From NCBI GenBank assembly GCA_001938485.1, contig MQRK01213622.1, forward strand, positions 102,768 to 153,588: 50,821 nucleotides of DNA, written 5' to 3'. Under the pieces are notes generated by a model that did no database searches, was not told the DNA's origin, and saw nothing but the letters and a program-made list of their open reading frames with translations. The stretch is from Girardia tigrina (Eukaryota). The position numbers and the translations under genes were made by a program. Positions 1 through 13,065 of the stretch are shown one piece after another; position 1 is the first letter of the stretch, and each line of letters begins with the position of its first letter.

Positions 1-895
1 ATATTCTAATCAAATGAACAAAATTCACGCCAAAACTTTATTAATCAATTGATATAGAAAACAATCACGATGGCGTCTTTCGCTTTGTATAATTCAAAAA
101 AAAAGTTCGCGCCAATCCACATTTACAAAACAACCGATTTGATTAACCTGATCGATTTAAACAATCGTTTAATTTTTTATAAAAAATGATAAAAATACAA
201 CAAATAATAATTTAAGCCGTAAACAATTTTACAAAATTCGTGGTGAATCGTTATTTTCCAATATCAATTTAAAGGATATAATCAATCAAGATAATTTCAT
301 AAAATTTCCATTAGATNNNNNNNNNNNNNNNNNNNNNNNNNNNNNNNNNNNNNNNNNNNNNNNNATATCAACCGAATTAGACAGTTGTAAATGTTCAGAT
401 TACAATTATAGCTCTATTGACAATTGTTCAAACTATTCGAACTTGGGTTTCAGTGTTTTAAATAATGAATTTCTTGGCAAAGCTTTAGCCAAATTCTCTT
501 TAAAATGAGTCAATGTGATTTAATTATTATCTTCAATTCCAAAAAGGAAAAAATAAAAAGAACCCGTCGCGAAACACGAGCTTTGCGTAAGACTTTAACA
601 TTTTACTTGGAAAGACAACTTAACAAGGGTGTCAGTAAGAATGAAACAAGAAGAATTGTTTTAATGAGAGAGAATCTTTTAGTACCATAACTAGGGTCCC
701 CAATTTTATTATTCCCAGGAAAATTTGAACAATGTTCTAAATTTGTTTATTCAGAAATTAATTTATATATGGATACATAATCTAAAGATAAATCTAACAA
801 AAATATATAAATAAAATTTTATACTTGTATTATAAATAATAATAATAATTTAAATAAACGAGAAAATATTTTATTGCATTATTATAAAATAAACC

Positions 896-972
896 ACAGA
901 CTCGAAAACCTTTGCAGTTAATGGTACTTCAATGGTCCTCGTTTTACTTCCATAAACAATAAATAATTCACC
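896..972 (-). CDS. Possible exon of a minus-strand gene
   Basis: Acceptor ttctctatttacAG; only one frame is open, (G)ELFIVYGSKTRTIEVPLTAKVFESV; weak donor GTTTAT. No convincing partner exon found. Confidence 0.25.
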
Positions 973-1269
973 TGTAAATAGAGAATTTATTTAAATATTC
1001 TCTAGAAAAAATATTAAAAATGGTATTTATAATTTGTATTAATACATTTTTATGAAAAATAATGGCTTTAAAGTTTTTTTTCAGAACTTATTGACTGAAT
1101 TGTTTCAGAATTTCATATTTCATCAATTATAATTTAATATTCGTTAATTTTTTTAGTTTTACAAAATGTAAGTTTTAAGTGAATGACTTTGATTTATTTT
1201 AATTATTTAAGATATTAGAGGATAACAATGGGGAAATGTTTTTCAAATTTAACTAAAGGTTTTAAGATT

Positions 1270-1513
1270 TGAAACAGCTTTACTTTTTCCATTTTAAATG
1301 TTTATTAAAGGGTTGTAGTGTCTCGTTAATAATGATTTATAGAACTGTCTCTCATAGTGTGAATCAAATCCCTTCTATAAAAGAGAAAACTTATATTTTG
1401 AAATGGATGAGGTTCCATCCTTACAACATAACCAATGATCAAGAACCTTACTCGATCGACTCATTTGCGAGTGCTCGCTAATCCGGGTTTTGAGATGACG
1501 ATTTGTCTCTCCG
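1270..1513 (-). mobile_element. Penelope-like element 3' fragment (GIY-YIG region)
   Basis: Reverse complement is closely similar to 19305-19630 (IGETNRHLKTRISEHSQMSRSSKVLDHW...). Truncated by an N gap. Confidence 0.85.
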
Positions 1514-1607
1514 ANNNNNNNNNNNNNNNNNNNNNNNNNNNNNNNNNNNNNNNNNNNNNNNNNNNNNNNNNNNNNNNNNNNNNNNNNNNNNNNNNNNNNN
1601 NNNNNNN

Positions 1608-1658
<51 letters not shown>

Positions 1659-1999
1659 TATTTAAATTATATTACATAAATGATATAATATTAATGGAAT
1701 ATAGATTTAATAAATAAAATCAATGACAATTGTTTAACTAAGGATTTTAATTAATTTCTCGTTGTTCAATTGTGAGCCAATTCAACAACAACAATTCCTT
1801 ATCCAAAAAGAAACTTGAATTCGACCGACAATTAACAATCAAGCAATTCGATCAATTAAATCAAATTAAACTTTTTGTTCCACAGCTTCACTATTCCGAC
1901 TGTAAATATATATATATATATATCTGTTAGTTGCTATATTATTTTATTATATATTTGTATTAAAATTTATTTTTTACATTTTCATTCATTTATTTATTT

Positions 2000-3450
2000 C
2001 TTTAAAAGAGTTCACTGAAATACGTTTCAGTTAACTCTTACACACATATTGTTTTCGATATATTTGAGAGGAAGCTTTAAACTTTGGATGTAATTGAAAC
2101 CCTTTTGATACTACTTATATTCTGACAAATACTTTTCTTAAATGCTGAAAAACCTTCAGAATATAGAATTTTGATTATTTGATTGTACTCTTCAACGTTT
2201 TCTTCCTTTAATCCTTTCTTAACCCGTTTTTGTGAGCATATTTTTTCTAATGTAACCTTAAAGTTGTGATATACCTGTTTGTTTGTGTAGATGTTGTAAC
2301 TTAAGCGTCCTCTAAGAATTTTATACCATGATCTACGATTTCAAAATTGGAAGACAAAATCGAAAATCTTTATCATAATATTTCAATATTTTTCATCATA
2401 AAAGCTCATTGGTGTGGTGTAAATACCTGTTTCTGATGTCTTCCTACATAATTCAGTTCGATATTTCCCATTCATCCGTTAGAAAGGAATGTCAAGAAAA
2501 GAACGTTTGTTATTTATTTCCGATTCTGTAGTGATTTTAATATAAAAATATTGATCTTTACTAAAGAGCAGTCTTTCGATGCATCGTTTAACGATGAAGG
2601 TTTTTTGATGCATCGACTCATTGTTAAACGATACATCGTCGCTCCATAATCTTTAGATATCTGGTAAAAAAAATATATGAATTCAAAGTTATCCCTGATT
2701 TAAAATTCATTAGAAATCAAGGGACTCAATAATGAATCAAAAATTTGATACCTTTTACTATACACTCTCAATCAATGATAGTACAGGGCTAAGTGGAAAA
2801 CCAGCTTTATGGATTTTAGTTAGCTATATAACTTGGCTGGTTTAGAACCCGAACACGTCAACAGTTTCTCAAGTGTTTTATAACTACTTTTATCCTTAAG
2901 AAGACGTTTTATTAAATTCTTCAATACCGTTTCATTCTTCATCGGTTATAGTTCCTTAAGATTTATCTGTGCCTAATATTTAATTCAGTTCATATAGGTA
3001 GTCTGATTTGTTTAGTCTTAAAAGACCGTTATCATAATCAAATATCTCAACAATTATGTCCTTCCCTTACCCTAATTCTTTTAATGTATTTTCTTCATCT
3101 TCTTTTTTTTCCTTTTGTTAATAATAAAAATATTTGTAGTTTTCTTTTGTGCAAATTGTTTGTCTTTTATTACACATCCTATAATACTTTGAATGTCAGA
3201 TTGTTTTTCTTTTTTTAATGTTAAAGAGTCTAGAGCATTTTTAATTTCTTCCTTTTTTCGTCTTTTTGATTAATTTTAATTTAGCAATTATTACTGTTAG
3301 AAAAGTGCAAACTTCATTAAAATTCTGAATCATCTAACAAAGTTTATGTCAAGAAAAATTGATGATTTTTTGATTTACGCTTTTTCAGAAATTTTCAGAA
3401 TATTAAAACAAAGTTCTTTTTTAAGGAGTTTTAATTTTACAATTTTCTAA
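2000..3450 (-). mobile_element. Degenerate Penelope-like element (RT remnants)
   Basis: Minus-strand remnants KIHKAGFPLSPVLSLI (~2750-2815) and TELCRKTSETGIYTTPMSF (~2400-2460) match motifs in the Penelope copies at 16280 and 48523. Boundaries approximate. Confidence 0.7.
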
Positions 3451-3489
3451 ATTTAACCGTATTATAAATATCGATATAATAAATATATA

Positions 3490-3895
3490 TGTAAGCGCAG
3501 CTGAGAAAAGGAACCACAATTCGCTGCACAGAAAGCCCAGAAATCGCCTGTAATAGTGGATTGGTCAAAAATGGGGCAAAAGTAGTTCTCTATCTATTTC
3601 AATAGGTCAATTCATGCCCCTGAATACAGTATGCATCATTTGTTGTTCTGACCTATTTATAGGCCTTAACTACTTGCGTAATTTGTTTGTGTAGCAGGGA
3701 TTTTAAAAAACATAATGTTTCAATTCGCGTTTTCTCAAAAATTTACGAATATGACCATTGTAATATATGTAGAAGAGTCAAATGATGGAATATCAGCATG
3801 ATTTTTTGCACAGTTGTTAACTATTATGAGACCTACAACGTGGCACTCTTAACTCAGTTTCCTACTTGTGATCCCTTTTCTCAGCTTTGGTCACA
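3490..3895. mobile_element. Non-autonomous TIR element (MITE)
   Basis: Imperfect ~28-bp TIRs: tgtaagcgcagctgagaaaaggaaccacaa versus (reverse complement) tgtgaccaaagctgagaaaagggatcacaa, in TA context. Confidence 0.6.
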
Positions 3896-5466
3896 TATAT
3901 AGTATTTTAAAAAGCATTTTTTATGCGTATTTATGTTTATTGTTTTTTGTAATGAACAACTTTAAAATATATTGAAATTAAAATAGCAATATTAAAATAT
4001 ATCTACTATTCCTTACATTTACTAAATTATTTTTTCTCATATTCTTGACCAAAAATATTCAATTTTAGATTTTAATTTCCATGTATTTATCGAAGATTTT
4101 ATTTTATGATAAGGGCTAAATTTTTAAATTTCGTCTTCATCATTTTTTAATTCATAATTAGACACATTAATATGGGATTTCTTAACATGAACTTTCGTTA
4201 TTCTAAAAAATCGTAGTAAATTATCTAATTTGTTAATATGAGTTAATTTTGTTTTTTATGCATTAAATCATTAAATTCTCTTGGAATATATAAATTGTTA
4301 AAAAAAGAAATTTTAAAAGACTCCTAATTTTTTTGGAATTTTATAAAACTTTCGTTAATAATATTAAATGTTAATATTTTTGTTACATTGTGAACATTTA
4401 TAATTTAATATGCCAACTTTTTTATTTTCAACAAAATAGATAAATGTATACAAAAATAATAATTTGAATATAAATCTTCTATGCTTAGGAAATGTTTCCA
4501 TTCGCAAATGTCAGCAGACAAACTAATTAGACTATAGACACTCTTCATCATATTTTATGCAAAAATTTAGTATATTGCTTATGATTATTTTTATTGCGTT
4601 TCTCAAATATAAATTTATTCATTTTATCATTAATAAAATGATTTAACAAAGTAATTTTCTTTGCATTTGTCAACACTTTCAAAACACGAGATACGTTTCC
4701 CTTATTAAAATTAAATTGTGAAAAGTTGGGACATTTGCCCCGTTGAAGGTTTCATGTTAACCTTTTAGCAACTTCTAACGTTTGGAAATTATTTAAAAAA
4801 TGGACGGTTTATAAAAATAAAGAAACACATTCAACCGGATTATGTTTGTGTCTTAAAAAAGTATGATAATATAATTTAAATAATATGAATATTGTGATAC
4901 AAATACTGTAAAGTGACCAAACTTTACGCAGTCAACCAAATTTTTTAATTTAATATAATTAAATTAAAAAATAATGATTTAATTGTTTCGATTATTTAAA
5001 TTGATAGTTTGTATGAAAAATATACTATTTGAAATAAATTGTCTCATTTTTGTCTATTTAACATTATTCAATATTTAAATAATGCTAAATGATTACAAAT
5101 ATGTTATTCGTAAATTTCGTTAATAAATTAACAAAATCAGTTAGACTTAAAAATATATATTAAAAGATTTTGTATTCGGCCTAAAAACGTTTCGTAAATT
5201 AACATTTTTTTCTGAAAGAATTTAGGCAAGACGAAACATTTTTCAATACTGTTTCGAGATTTTCTAGACATTTTTCGATCAAACTTCAAAAGTCTCAGAA
5301 AACAAAAAAATGTCTAAAACAAATGGACAGTTAACGAAAAATATTTTAAAAAGTAATTAAATTTAATAAAAAAATAATGCAAATATAATTATTTGGGTAT
5401 GGATAAGCGTGTCTATACTTGTCCGTTGTATTTGTCTTTGAATTTGTGTTGTGATAGCAAAGACCT

Positions 5467-5968
5467 TGTTAAGAACATTTAGACAAGTCTCATTTGAATG
5501 TTTATTGCAATTACATTTAGAGTCATTACAACTCTCAGAAAGTCTTTCATCGTTTGTCATCATTCTAATTGGTTTTCTTATTTTTATTTTTAATCATGAT
5601 TATTCGAACAATTTTTTAAGTCATTTTTTAAAATATTTAACCTCTAAAAAATATTAATTAAAAAATAATAATTTTTACCATTTTTCAATAAATCCCAAAA
5701 TAATAAAAATGTCATCCAATTATTAAAAATGCATTTAATTTAAATTTTGATAAAAAATATTAAACTTAATTTTAATTGTGAAATTAAAAAGTTGAACTTA
5801 TCAAATAATTATTTTAATTATGTTCGAATAGTCAATCACTTTAAATTTAATAAAAAAATACCAATTTCCATCTGGGTGGGAGAATCACCATTCTAAATTC
5901 AACATACTTAAATCAACATACAGCAGCCATACATTTACACATTCAAACAATTTAAAATATTCCTCACA
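5467..5968 (-). mobile_element. Solo-LTR-like element, family 1, copy A
   Basis: Exact TSD GACCT (5462-5466 and 5969-5973). Minus strand runs TGTGAGGAATATT...GTTCTTAACA, with internal CTCCCACCCAGATGG and AATAAA about 35 nt before the 3' end. Confidence 0.8.
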
Positions 5969-7742
5969 GACCTCATTAGCATTAGCCGAAAATTACAGTA
6001 TCAGGAAAGAAGCAAGAGGCTATTTCTTAGAAACTATACGTACTTGGGCGAATCTGAAGCCATTACTTAGATTATCATTCACCTAAGTGCTTACTAATGC
6101 TATTCTGATGAGCAAGGAAAAGTCAATGAAAAGAAGAATCTTGGAATTTAACCTTTTTTTCAGAGACTAACAATTTTATAACTATCAATTAATTTTTTAC
6201 AAATAATGTACATTATTTTCTTAGATTTGAATGGTAATTTAGTAAAATTATTTAATACAAAGTTGAGAACAAAAAGAGTGAGTTAATTGGAAATCTAAAG
6301 ATGATGAAAGAAAATAGTATAATCATTAATGAAAAGATAAATATTATTAATAAAACATACAAAAGACATAACATCAAAAGAACGTCTCAAGATTCTTTCA
6401 AAATGGAATTCAAACATAATAATTAATTAGTTTTGATAATACTTTTGAAAAGTTTTGGAATAAAATCAGAATATAAATCCGATTTTGAATTTAGAAATTA
6501 TAGATAAAATTATTACAATTATTTAAAAATAATAGAAAGATTATGAATAAAAAATTATTGAAAAGCAAATTATAAAATTTACAATTTATATAATTTAAGT
6601 AAATTATTTTAAATTATTTAAAAAGTCTTTCTGAAGCGCAACACTTATATCGGTCCCTCCTATTCATTTGATTTTTCGTATCAATCGTTAATCCAAATCT
6701 CGTCGGTTTAGGTCGTGATAAGTACCAAAAATAGGTCCAGGTCTTCTTATCTAAGCCATTGTCCATAATTTTGAAAACATAAGTTTAACTTAATATGAAA
6801 GATTTTATATGATCAAAATTTTCCATTACGATATATGATTTAAACGCAGTATTTTCCGGAATGGATATATCCATATAGTGAAAAGAAGTCAAAAACATTT
6901 TTTGGTATGAGTTCCGACCGGAAACGATGAGAAATGGCAAATGAAGTACGAGTAGCAAATTGTGACATGGCAGAAGAACCGCCGTCATAAGCCTGACAAG
7001 CTGATGTTTTAACAAGTTACCAGGTTCAAACTGTATTCCCAAAATACTTAAATTGTATAAAATCGATTAATATTTAACCAAAATTATTAATTGCCATGCA
7101 AATGACTAAAGGTTATTCTAATTTCAGCTATCCATGAAATCAGGAAGTGATCTATGATTCGATGGTAAGATCTGAAAAGAGGTGTTACGAACAGACAGAA
7201 TATATATATATTTAAAATATTTTAAAAAATACCAAAAGAAATTTAATCCGTAAACATAGAGGTTCTCAAGAGCTTTGGTCAACTTTATCTATTACCACAG
7301 ACCTTTAGTAATTAAAAAGCTATTATTTCATTTATTAATTATTCATATTTTCATGGAAAAAATATTTGCAATTTTAAAGCATTTCAGTTTTTATTTTTTA
7401 TTTATAGGCAAATATTTACTGATGTATAAATTGAAAAATTCAATTTAAACAAAAAATGAAAGAAATATAATTTTCCAAAAAATTTGGATATTATTTTTCA
7501 ATATATTATTGATTAAAAAATATTATGTATGTTATAATATCATATTTTAAATAATATAATAATGAAAAAATATAAATACTTTTCATTATTTACATTTTAA
7601 AATAATGAAAAAAATATTAAATAAAATAAAATAAATAAATAAGTATTTTAAATATCAATTTACATATTAACAAGATTATTTTAAAATTACAGAAAATTAC
7701 GTCAAAATTAAATTTTTAATTAATAATTAATAAAATTAAAAC

Positions 7743-8157
7743 TATTAACAACATCAATATAAATTTTGCAACATTTATTATTATCACAAGCGCATTCACT
7801 ATTTGACAATTTTCTTGATCAATTTATTTCTGAGTTCAAACTAATTATTTTCAATAAATGAAAATCTATTAATAAAAATTATTAATTATAAAGAATCTAA
7901 CTAGTTGAAATTAAATCTAAACAATTTTTTAAAAAAGTACATATTAAATTAATATATTAAAATTTTAAATTACATTAAAAAATAAATAATACATTCAAAA
8001 ATTATTTTAAATATTTTTACTTTAAAATTAAATTAAATTATTTTTAATTAGTAGGAATCAAAGAAAATATCAATCATCCATCTGTGTAGGAGAGACACAA
8101 TCCGAATCAATACACAACATGCACAATAACGACACACAATTCAAAACATTCCTCACA
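7743..8157 (-). mobile_element. Solo-LTR-like element, family 1, copy B
   Basis: TSD AAAAC (7738-7742 and 8158-8162). Ends TGTGAGGAATG...GTTGTTAATA, motif CTCCTACACAGATGG, AATAAA about 30 nt from the 3' end. Confidence 0.75.
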
Positions 8158-8810
8158 AAAACAATGATTATTTTACACATTTTTTAGAATTTATTTAAAT
8201 TATCCATTAAAGGATCTCTAAGGGAAAATAATGTGAAATAAGCGCTTTCCAAACACCCTTCTACAAACAAAAACCCATTGCAATATTTCCATAAAAATGT
8301 AAACATGTAAATTCGTTAACGAGTTTCATAAAACTAAAAATCCAGATATAAATAAAAATAAGCCAGATATAAATTTAAAATATTATTTATTTTCATAATT
8401 ATAATTACAATCTTTAAATTTAACTCATCCTTATTAAGAAAAAATAGGTATTATTATTGTAGTTAAAATAAAGAATATTTTACAAGAATATTTTAAATCG
8501 ATTCACTTCGTCTGTTTGTTAGTTAGTCTGAGCGCAACCAATCTCGTGAACACCTTGCGGTGTGTTTGAGGTGAAATTTTACACAAACATGTAATCCTGA
8601 AAACGACAGATGAATCAATTTAAAAATTAAAAAATAAAATTTATAATTTTATTTATTTTAATATTTGAATAAATAAAATTATAAATTTTATTTGTTATAT
8701 TTTTTTATATTTTGTGATAAAAAATTTTACCAGTTTAATGAGCTTTTTTACTCTTGATTTTGTGTGAAATGGAATGTTTTGTAATCAGTTACTTAAAATT
8801 AGTCGAAAAC

Positions 8811-9095
8811 TCTTAACAAATTGCTTGAATATGCAGTTTGAACATTGATTTTGGATCACGAGATCTTATTAACAATGATAATAAAACCATGTCTGTAAAC
8901 AAGTCGAAGAGCACGCTTATAGAAGAGGTAATAGAAGTATTGCAAATGAAAAATTGTAAATGTAACTTGAGTATAAATAATTTCAAAATTCTATGCAAAC
9001 AATAAAAAGTTTTGGAAGAGAGTTCAATGTGAATCAATATTAATAAGATCTTGTGATCACTGTTCAAACGGCATATTCAAGCAATTTATTAAGAG
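8811..9095. mobile_element. Inverted pair of Penelope 3'-end fragments
   Basis: 8811-8872 is the reverse complement of about 9039-9093. The sequence resembles the Penelope C-terminus (LIRSRDPKINVQTA...LLRVF) also seen near 12215-12280. Confidence 0.6.
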
Positions 9096-9523
9096 ACTTT
9101 TATTAATTTTAATCATCCATTTTACATATTTAAGCATTAAAAAATGGGTATCTAACCCTTTTCCATTTTTTTCCGAAAAAAGAAACCACATTTTGAGGAT
9201 TTTAGATGTTAAAACAGCTTTCCAAAGACCGGACTATTTGAATTAGCTATTGGTATTAAACTAGTCTTTCAAAATTATTTGAGTTGAACTGAATAGTTCA
9301 TCATTAATCGACACAGTTCTATCGAATAATAAACCTCATTTAAAAAGTGACTCCGATCTGAAACAAAACTCGATCTTTGTAAACTCTGCAGTTTTTGTCC
9401 TCTGAACAAATGATTATTATAGTGACCTACTTGTCTTGCACCAGTTAACTATAATGATCTGTTTATGTATATTTCATTATTAATATTTATAATTAATAAT
9501 TAATTTATTTTTAAATAAAACTC

Positions 9524-11563
9524 TCAGTATTTTTAAATTGAATTCTCAGTATTTAAAAAAAATCAATTCACCTATTTCACCGTATATACTACAATGTGCG
9601 GAATGTGAAAGTAGGATTTGTATATTGATTGAAATTTCGCCCTTTATGATAATCACAAAAATATTATGCCAAGGAAAGAATAATGCAAATAGTGATTGTT
9701 GCTCAGAATAATGCTTAGTACTGTTTAACCCTTTCGTTACCAGAAACGTATGTGACCGTTTTTGCATATGTGAGCCTCCAATCTCTTTAAATGGTATTGA
9801 GCCGTATGCTCTTTAGAGTATCCACCCCAACTAAAAAGCACTAGCAGCCCCCAGATAGGCCTCCTACGAGGTTGTCAGCTTACCGCTTACGTTGTCTCTT
9901 CGGACCCCTAGTAAAAAACGACCAACCATGTTCGGATGTTCCATGATTTAGCATTCCTTTGGTCGTTCCTGTGGACTTTGAACAGCCAGCGATAGAACAG
10001 TTGAAATTTTGAGATATTTATTTTTGAGACATTGATTTTCATGTCTGGATTACACAGCAGCCTCATTTCCTAGAAGAGCTCTTTCACTCGGCCATTCTGT
10101 TCATTGCATAAGATCTGCGAGATGTTCTGCCCAATGTTATCTACTCTGTTACGTTTCCAAAGTCGAATATTTCTGAGTACTTTCTTACGAGCTTCATTCC
10201 ATTCGTGGTGTGTCGTATCTTTCCTGTTGTTGACAAAATTCTTTCTTTTATCCAATTTTACCCGTAATAATTTCATCAGTTCATTCTGATGATTTTTTAA
10301 CCATCTCTGGCTTAGTGGAATTCGCTGGCTCGGTTTTCCACGACTACAAGCCGATGCTAAAATACAATTTGTAATACCAGTCCAGCAGGGTTCCATATTT
10401 CGGCTTGTAGCTTTTAGAAATTGTTCGATCTTAGCCTTATAGGACGCTAAAAAATTCTGTCAGGTATCTCCTCTTCTTTCCGTTTCTTGCAAGTTTTCCT
10501 TATTGGCCTATTTCTCTTTCTGAGCCATGCAATTAGCACTGAGAGATCATGGTCAGATCCTCAATCAAGTTTAGAATAACTCTTGATGTCGGATATCAGT
10601 CTCGATCGATGTTGGTCAGTCAAAAACAAATCAAGCATCTCTTTCCTTTTCGTGTCCGGATGCATCCAGGTTGTCCTCTGATCCCTGCAATGCTTGTGGA
10701 ACGTGTTCTCTATCCTTAAACCGCAAGAAGCAGCCATCTCTATAATTATTGATCCGTTTTCTGATAAGTTTTCTCCCACATAGTAGGGACCAAATTGTGT
10801 CGTATTCATATCTGTGCGTCTAACACGACAATTAAAATCACCCCCAATGAAGAGTTCATGATGAGTAGATTTAGCAAAGTCTTTCTCGTCCGCTATTAGG
10901 CGTCTGAAATCCGAGTAAAATGAGGATTTCTCCTCTGGAGAGTATCCACAGACCGTAGGACCATAGACAGCGATGATTGTTGTATGTCTTTCTGGAATCC
11001 GACATACTAGTATACGATCAATTTTCGTTATTGTCTCGATGTTATGGCTATCCGACTTTCTGATCATTAATTCGTCATCTCGTATTTTCCTACCCCATAA
11101 GGCGTTCCCGCTGTATAGAATCTCCAATTTCCTGCACAGCATTTCCGCCATAGTTGGTTTTCATCAAAATACACATGTTCAGGTGTATCTTTTCCAGAAT
11201 CACTATATTACGAGTTTTTCATCCGTTAATCATCTGACGTTCCAATTTCCAAGCTTCAGTCTGACACTAGAACCCTTCTCGAGTGGTTCACGCCTCGGGA
11301 GCTTATTGACTGCGAGTCCTGCGAGACTCCTAGTTAGGGAAGTAGAAGTGGTAAATATATTGCGCATAGGGGTGCTGGTCCTATTTGGCAGGTTACTCAT
11401 TAGTTTAACCTTTTTGCACCGACTAGTTACCAGGATCAACAGCGAGGAGGAGAGTAACATCATTTTCCATATATGAGTCGAGATACTGAGGAATGTATAT
11501 TTTTGATTATTTTTTTTCAGAGTTTAAAAAAATTGTTACTGAGAATTCAATTTAAAATACTGA
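9524..11563. mobile_element. Foldback/TIR element hosting a LINE insertion
   Basis: Inverted repeat tcagtatttttaaattgaattctcagta (9524-9551) and tactgagaattcaatttaaaatactga (11538-11563), with extra TACTGAG motifs nearby. Confidence 0.5.
9770..11462 (-). mobile_element. RTE-like non-LTR retrotransposon, internally deleted (APE endonuclease plus 3' end, RT missing)
   Basis: APE motifs LGNWNVR, AVYGPT, GGDFN, TWMHP, LDLFL (ORFs 11230-11463 and 10561-11151). The last zinc finger (CSIAGC...HGTSEHGWSF) and 3' UTR match the 17414 copy. Probable TSD ttttgcatat / ttttccatat. Confidence 0.85.
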
Positions 11564-12089
11564 AACTTTTAACTTTGTTACTGAGCTAATATAATAGTTT
11601 ACTTTTATTTATATATAATTATGTGATATTATAAGCATTATTATCATTTGTTATTTATGTGTTATGTTCTTTTTTTATATTATTACTTTATTTTATTTTT
11701 ATTAATAAATAAGTATTTATTAATGTTATTTAGTAGCAAGTATTTATATTTAAAAGTAATAATTATCCCATAGAAATTAAGTCTCATGAGATAATTCAAA
11801 AAATTTCAATTCGAATCGAAAAATTAATTCGAAATTATTAATTACAAAATTACAAATTACTTCTTACTGGAATATTGGTTGTTTACTTGCTCGCTGTAAT
11901 TATTTTTTGTTCCTATATATTACCTTAAATGGTATAACATAAGATAGAAGAATAGTATTCTAAACAATTATTCAAATTAAACCATTTGAAAACAATTATC
12001 CAAAGTTTTTGGTCTGTTATCATTTATGCTAAATTTCACATTCGAATAACTTTGTTCAAAATAATTTCTATGAAAATATATATATTCAA

Positions 12090-12430
12090 GATTACCCTAC
12101 GAACCAGTTTTTCAAAAGAAATTACCTAAGAACTGATATTAAAAAATTTTTAAAATAATGTGCACTCAATTTAAAAATTATTGGGAGAGAGTGACTCATG
12201 TGAAGCGTTATATATAAGATCTTTGGATCCCAAAATTAACGTTCAAACTGCACTCTCTACAACTTTGTTGAGAGTTTTTAAATGATGTACTGATTACACA
12301 TTGATTGCATAGTCATTAACTGCACTATATAAGTAAATTTCGTTTGAAAAATCATTTGTGCTGACGATGACGGTTAAACCGTCGAAATTAATAAACTTTG
12401 ATTGGCTTGAGAATTTTTTATTTGATAATT
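12090..12430 (+). mobile_element. Penelope 3' fragment with pseudo-LTR
   Basis: CEALYIRSLDPKINVQT...LLRVF-like C-terminus followed by a hammerhead core at 12361. Confidence 0.7.
12356..12398 (+). ncRNA. Minimal type I hammerhead ribozyme (stem I degenerate)
   Basis: CTGACGA-tGACGG-ttaaa-CCGTC-GAAA-ttaata. Confidence 0.65.
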
Positions 12431-12945
12431 TGCCAATTTTATTTCAATTTATTTACTTATTTTTGTTAATTTTTCGAATTCCTTGATCAGTTTTTTTGTG
12501 TTTGAAGTGATTCGAAAACCATCTTTTTTTTAAAAAAATACTTTCTGTTTCCAAGTTTAGTCGTTAAATATATTTTGTACATAAAATAATTACTATTATT
12601 TTATATAGTACTTAAAAATTCATTAATAGTTGTCAGATTAAGTTCATTTTGTCTTAGCCAAGTTTAACAACAATTATATTAGCGTGACTTTCAAAAAATG
12701 TTATTTTTTATATTTTGCATGTTTTTTATTATTATTACATACTTTGTCAAAGAAATTAATTTCCTTTCTATTCCAATCCCTCTACTTTGCTTTCTTCTCG
12801 AAATTATTTTTAAGATATTTATAACCAAGGAAGTTATTTGTTTTAACGATAATGTCCTATATTATTTATTTATAATAAATACTTTTATAAAAACAATGTA
12901 ATAATATCTATATTCAATAAGTTTTTACTATTATTATCATTACAG

Positions 12946-13065
12946 TAATGTCAAAAAAGACATCAACAGAAACCGTGGAATACCTTCGGATGACATGAAA
13001 CTGTGTAGAAAGTTACTGAGTCAATCAGAACATTCGAAACCCACTGAAAAAGTTATTCTAAAAGC
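12946..13065 (+). CDS. Internal exon of an unidentified host gene (phase 2-2)
   Basis: Acceptor ttattatcattacAG and donor GTAAGT bound 120 nt that are open as NVKKDINRNRGIPSDDMKLCRKLLSQSEHSKPTEKVILK(A). Phase matches the exon at 30242. Confidence 0.65.

Noticed and set aside
20-120. E2F-like (ttcgcgcc) and CCAAT promoter motifs
   Set aside because: Short motifs with no identifiable associated gene start in the window.
5363-5563. Cys-containing 66-aa ORF
   Set aside because: It spans the end of solo-LTR copy A and its TSD, so it is a chance ORF.
6655-6765. Faint resemblance to 18S rRNA on the minus strand
   Set aside because: Similarity is patchy and does not extend into the conserved neighbouring rRNA motifs.
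8070-8180. 36-aa minus-strand ORF MCKIIIVFVRNV...SPTQMDD as a small-peptide gene family
   Set aside because: Paralogous copies have in-frame stops and frame-shifting spacer lengths, and the ORF crosses the element's TSD.
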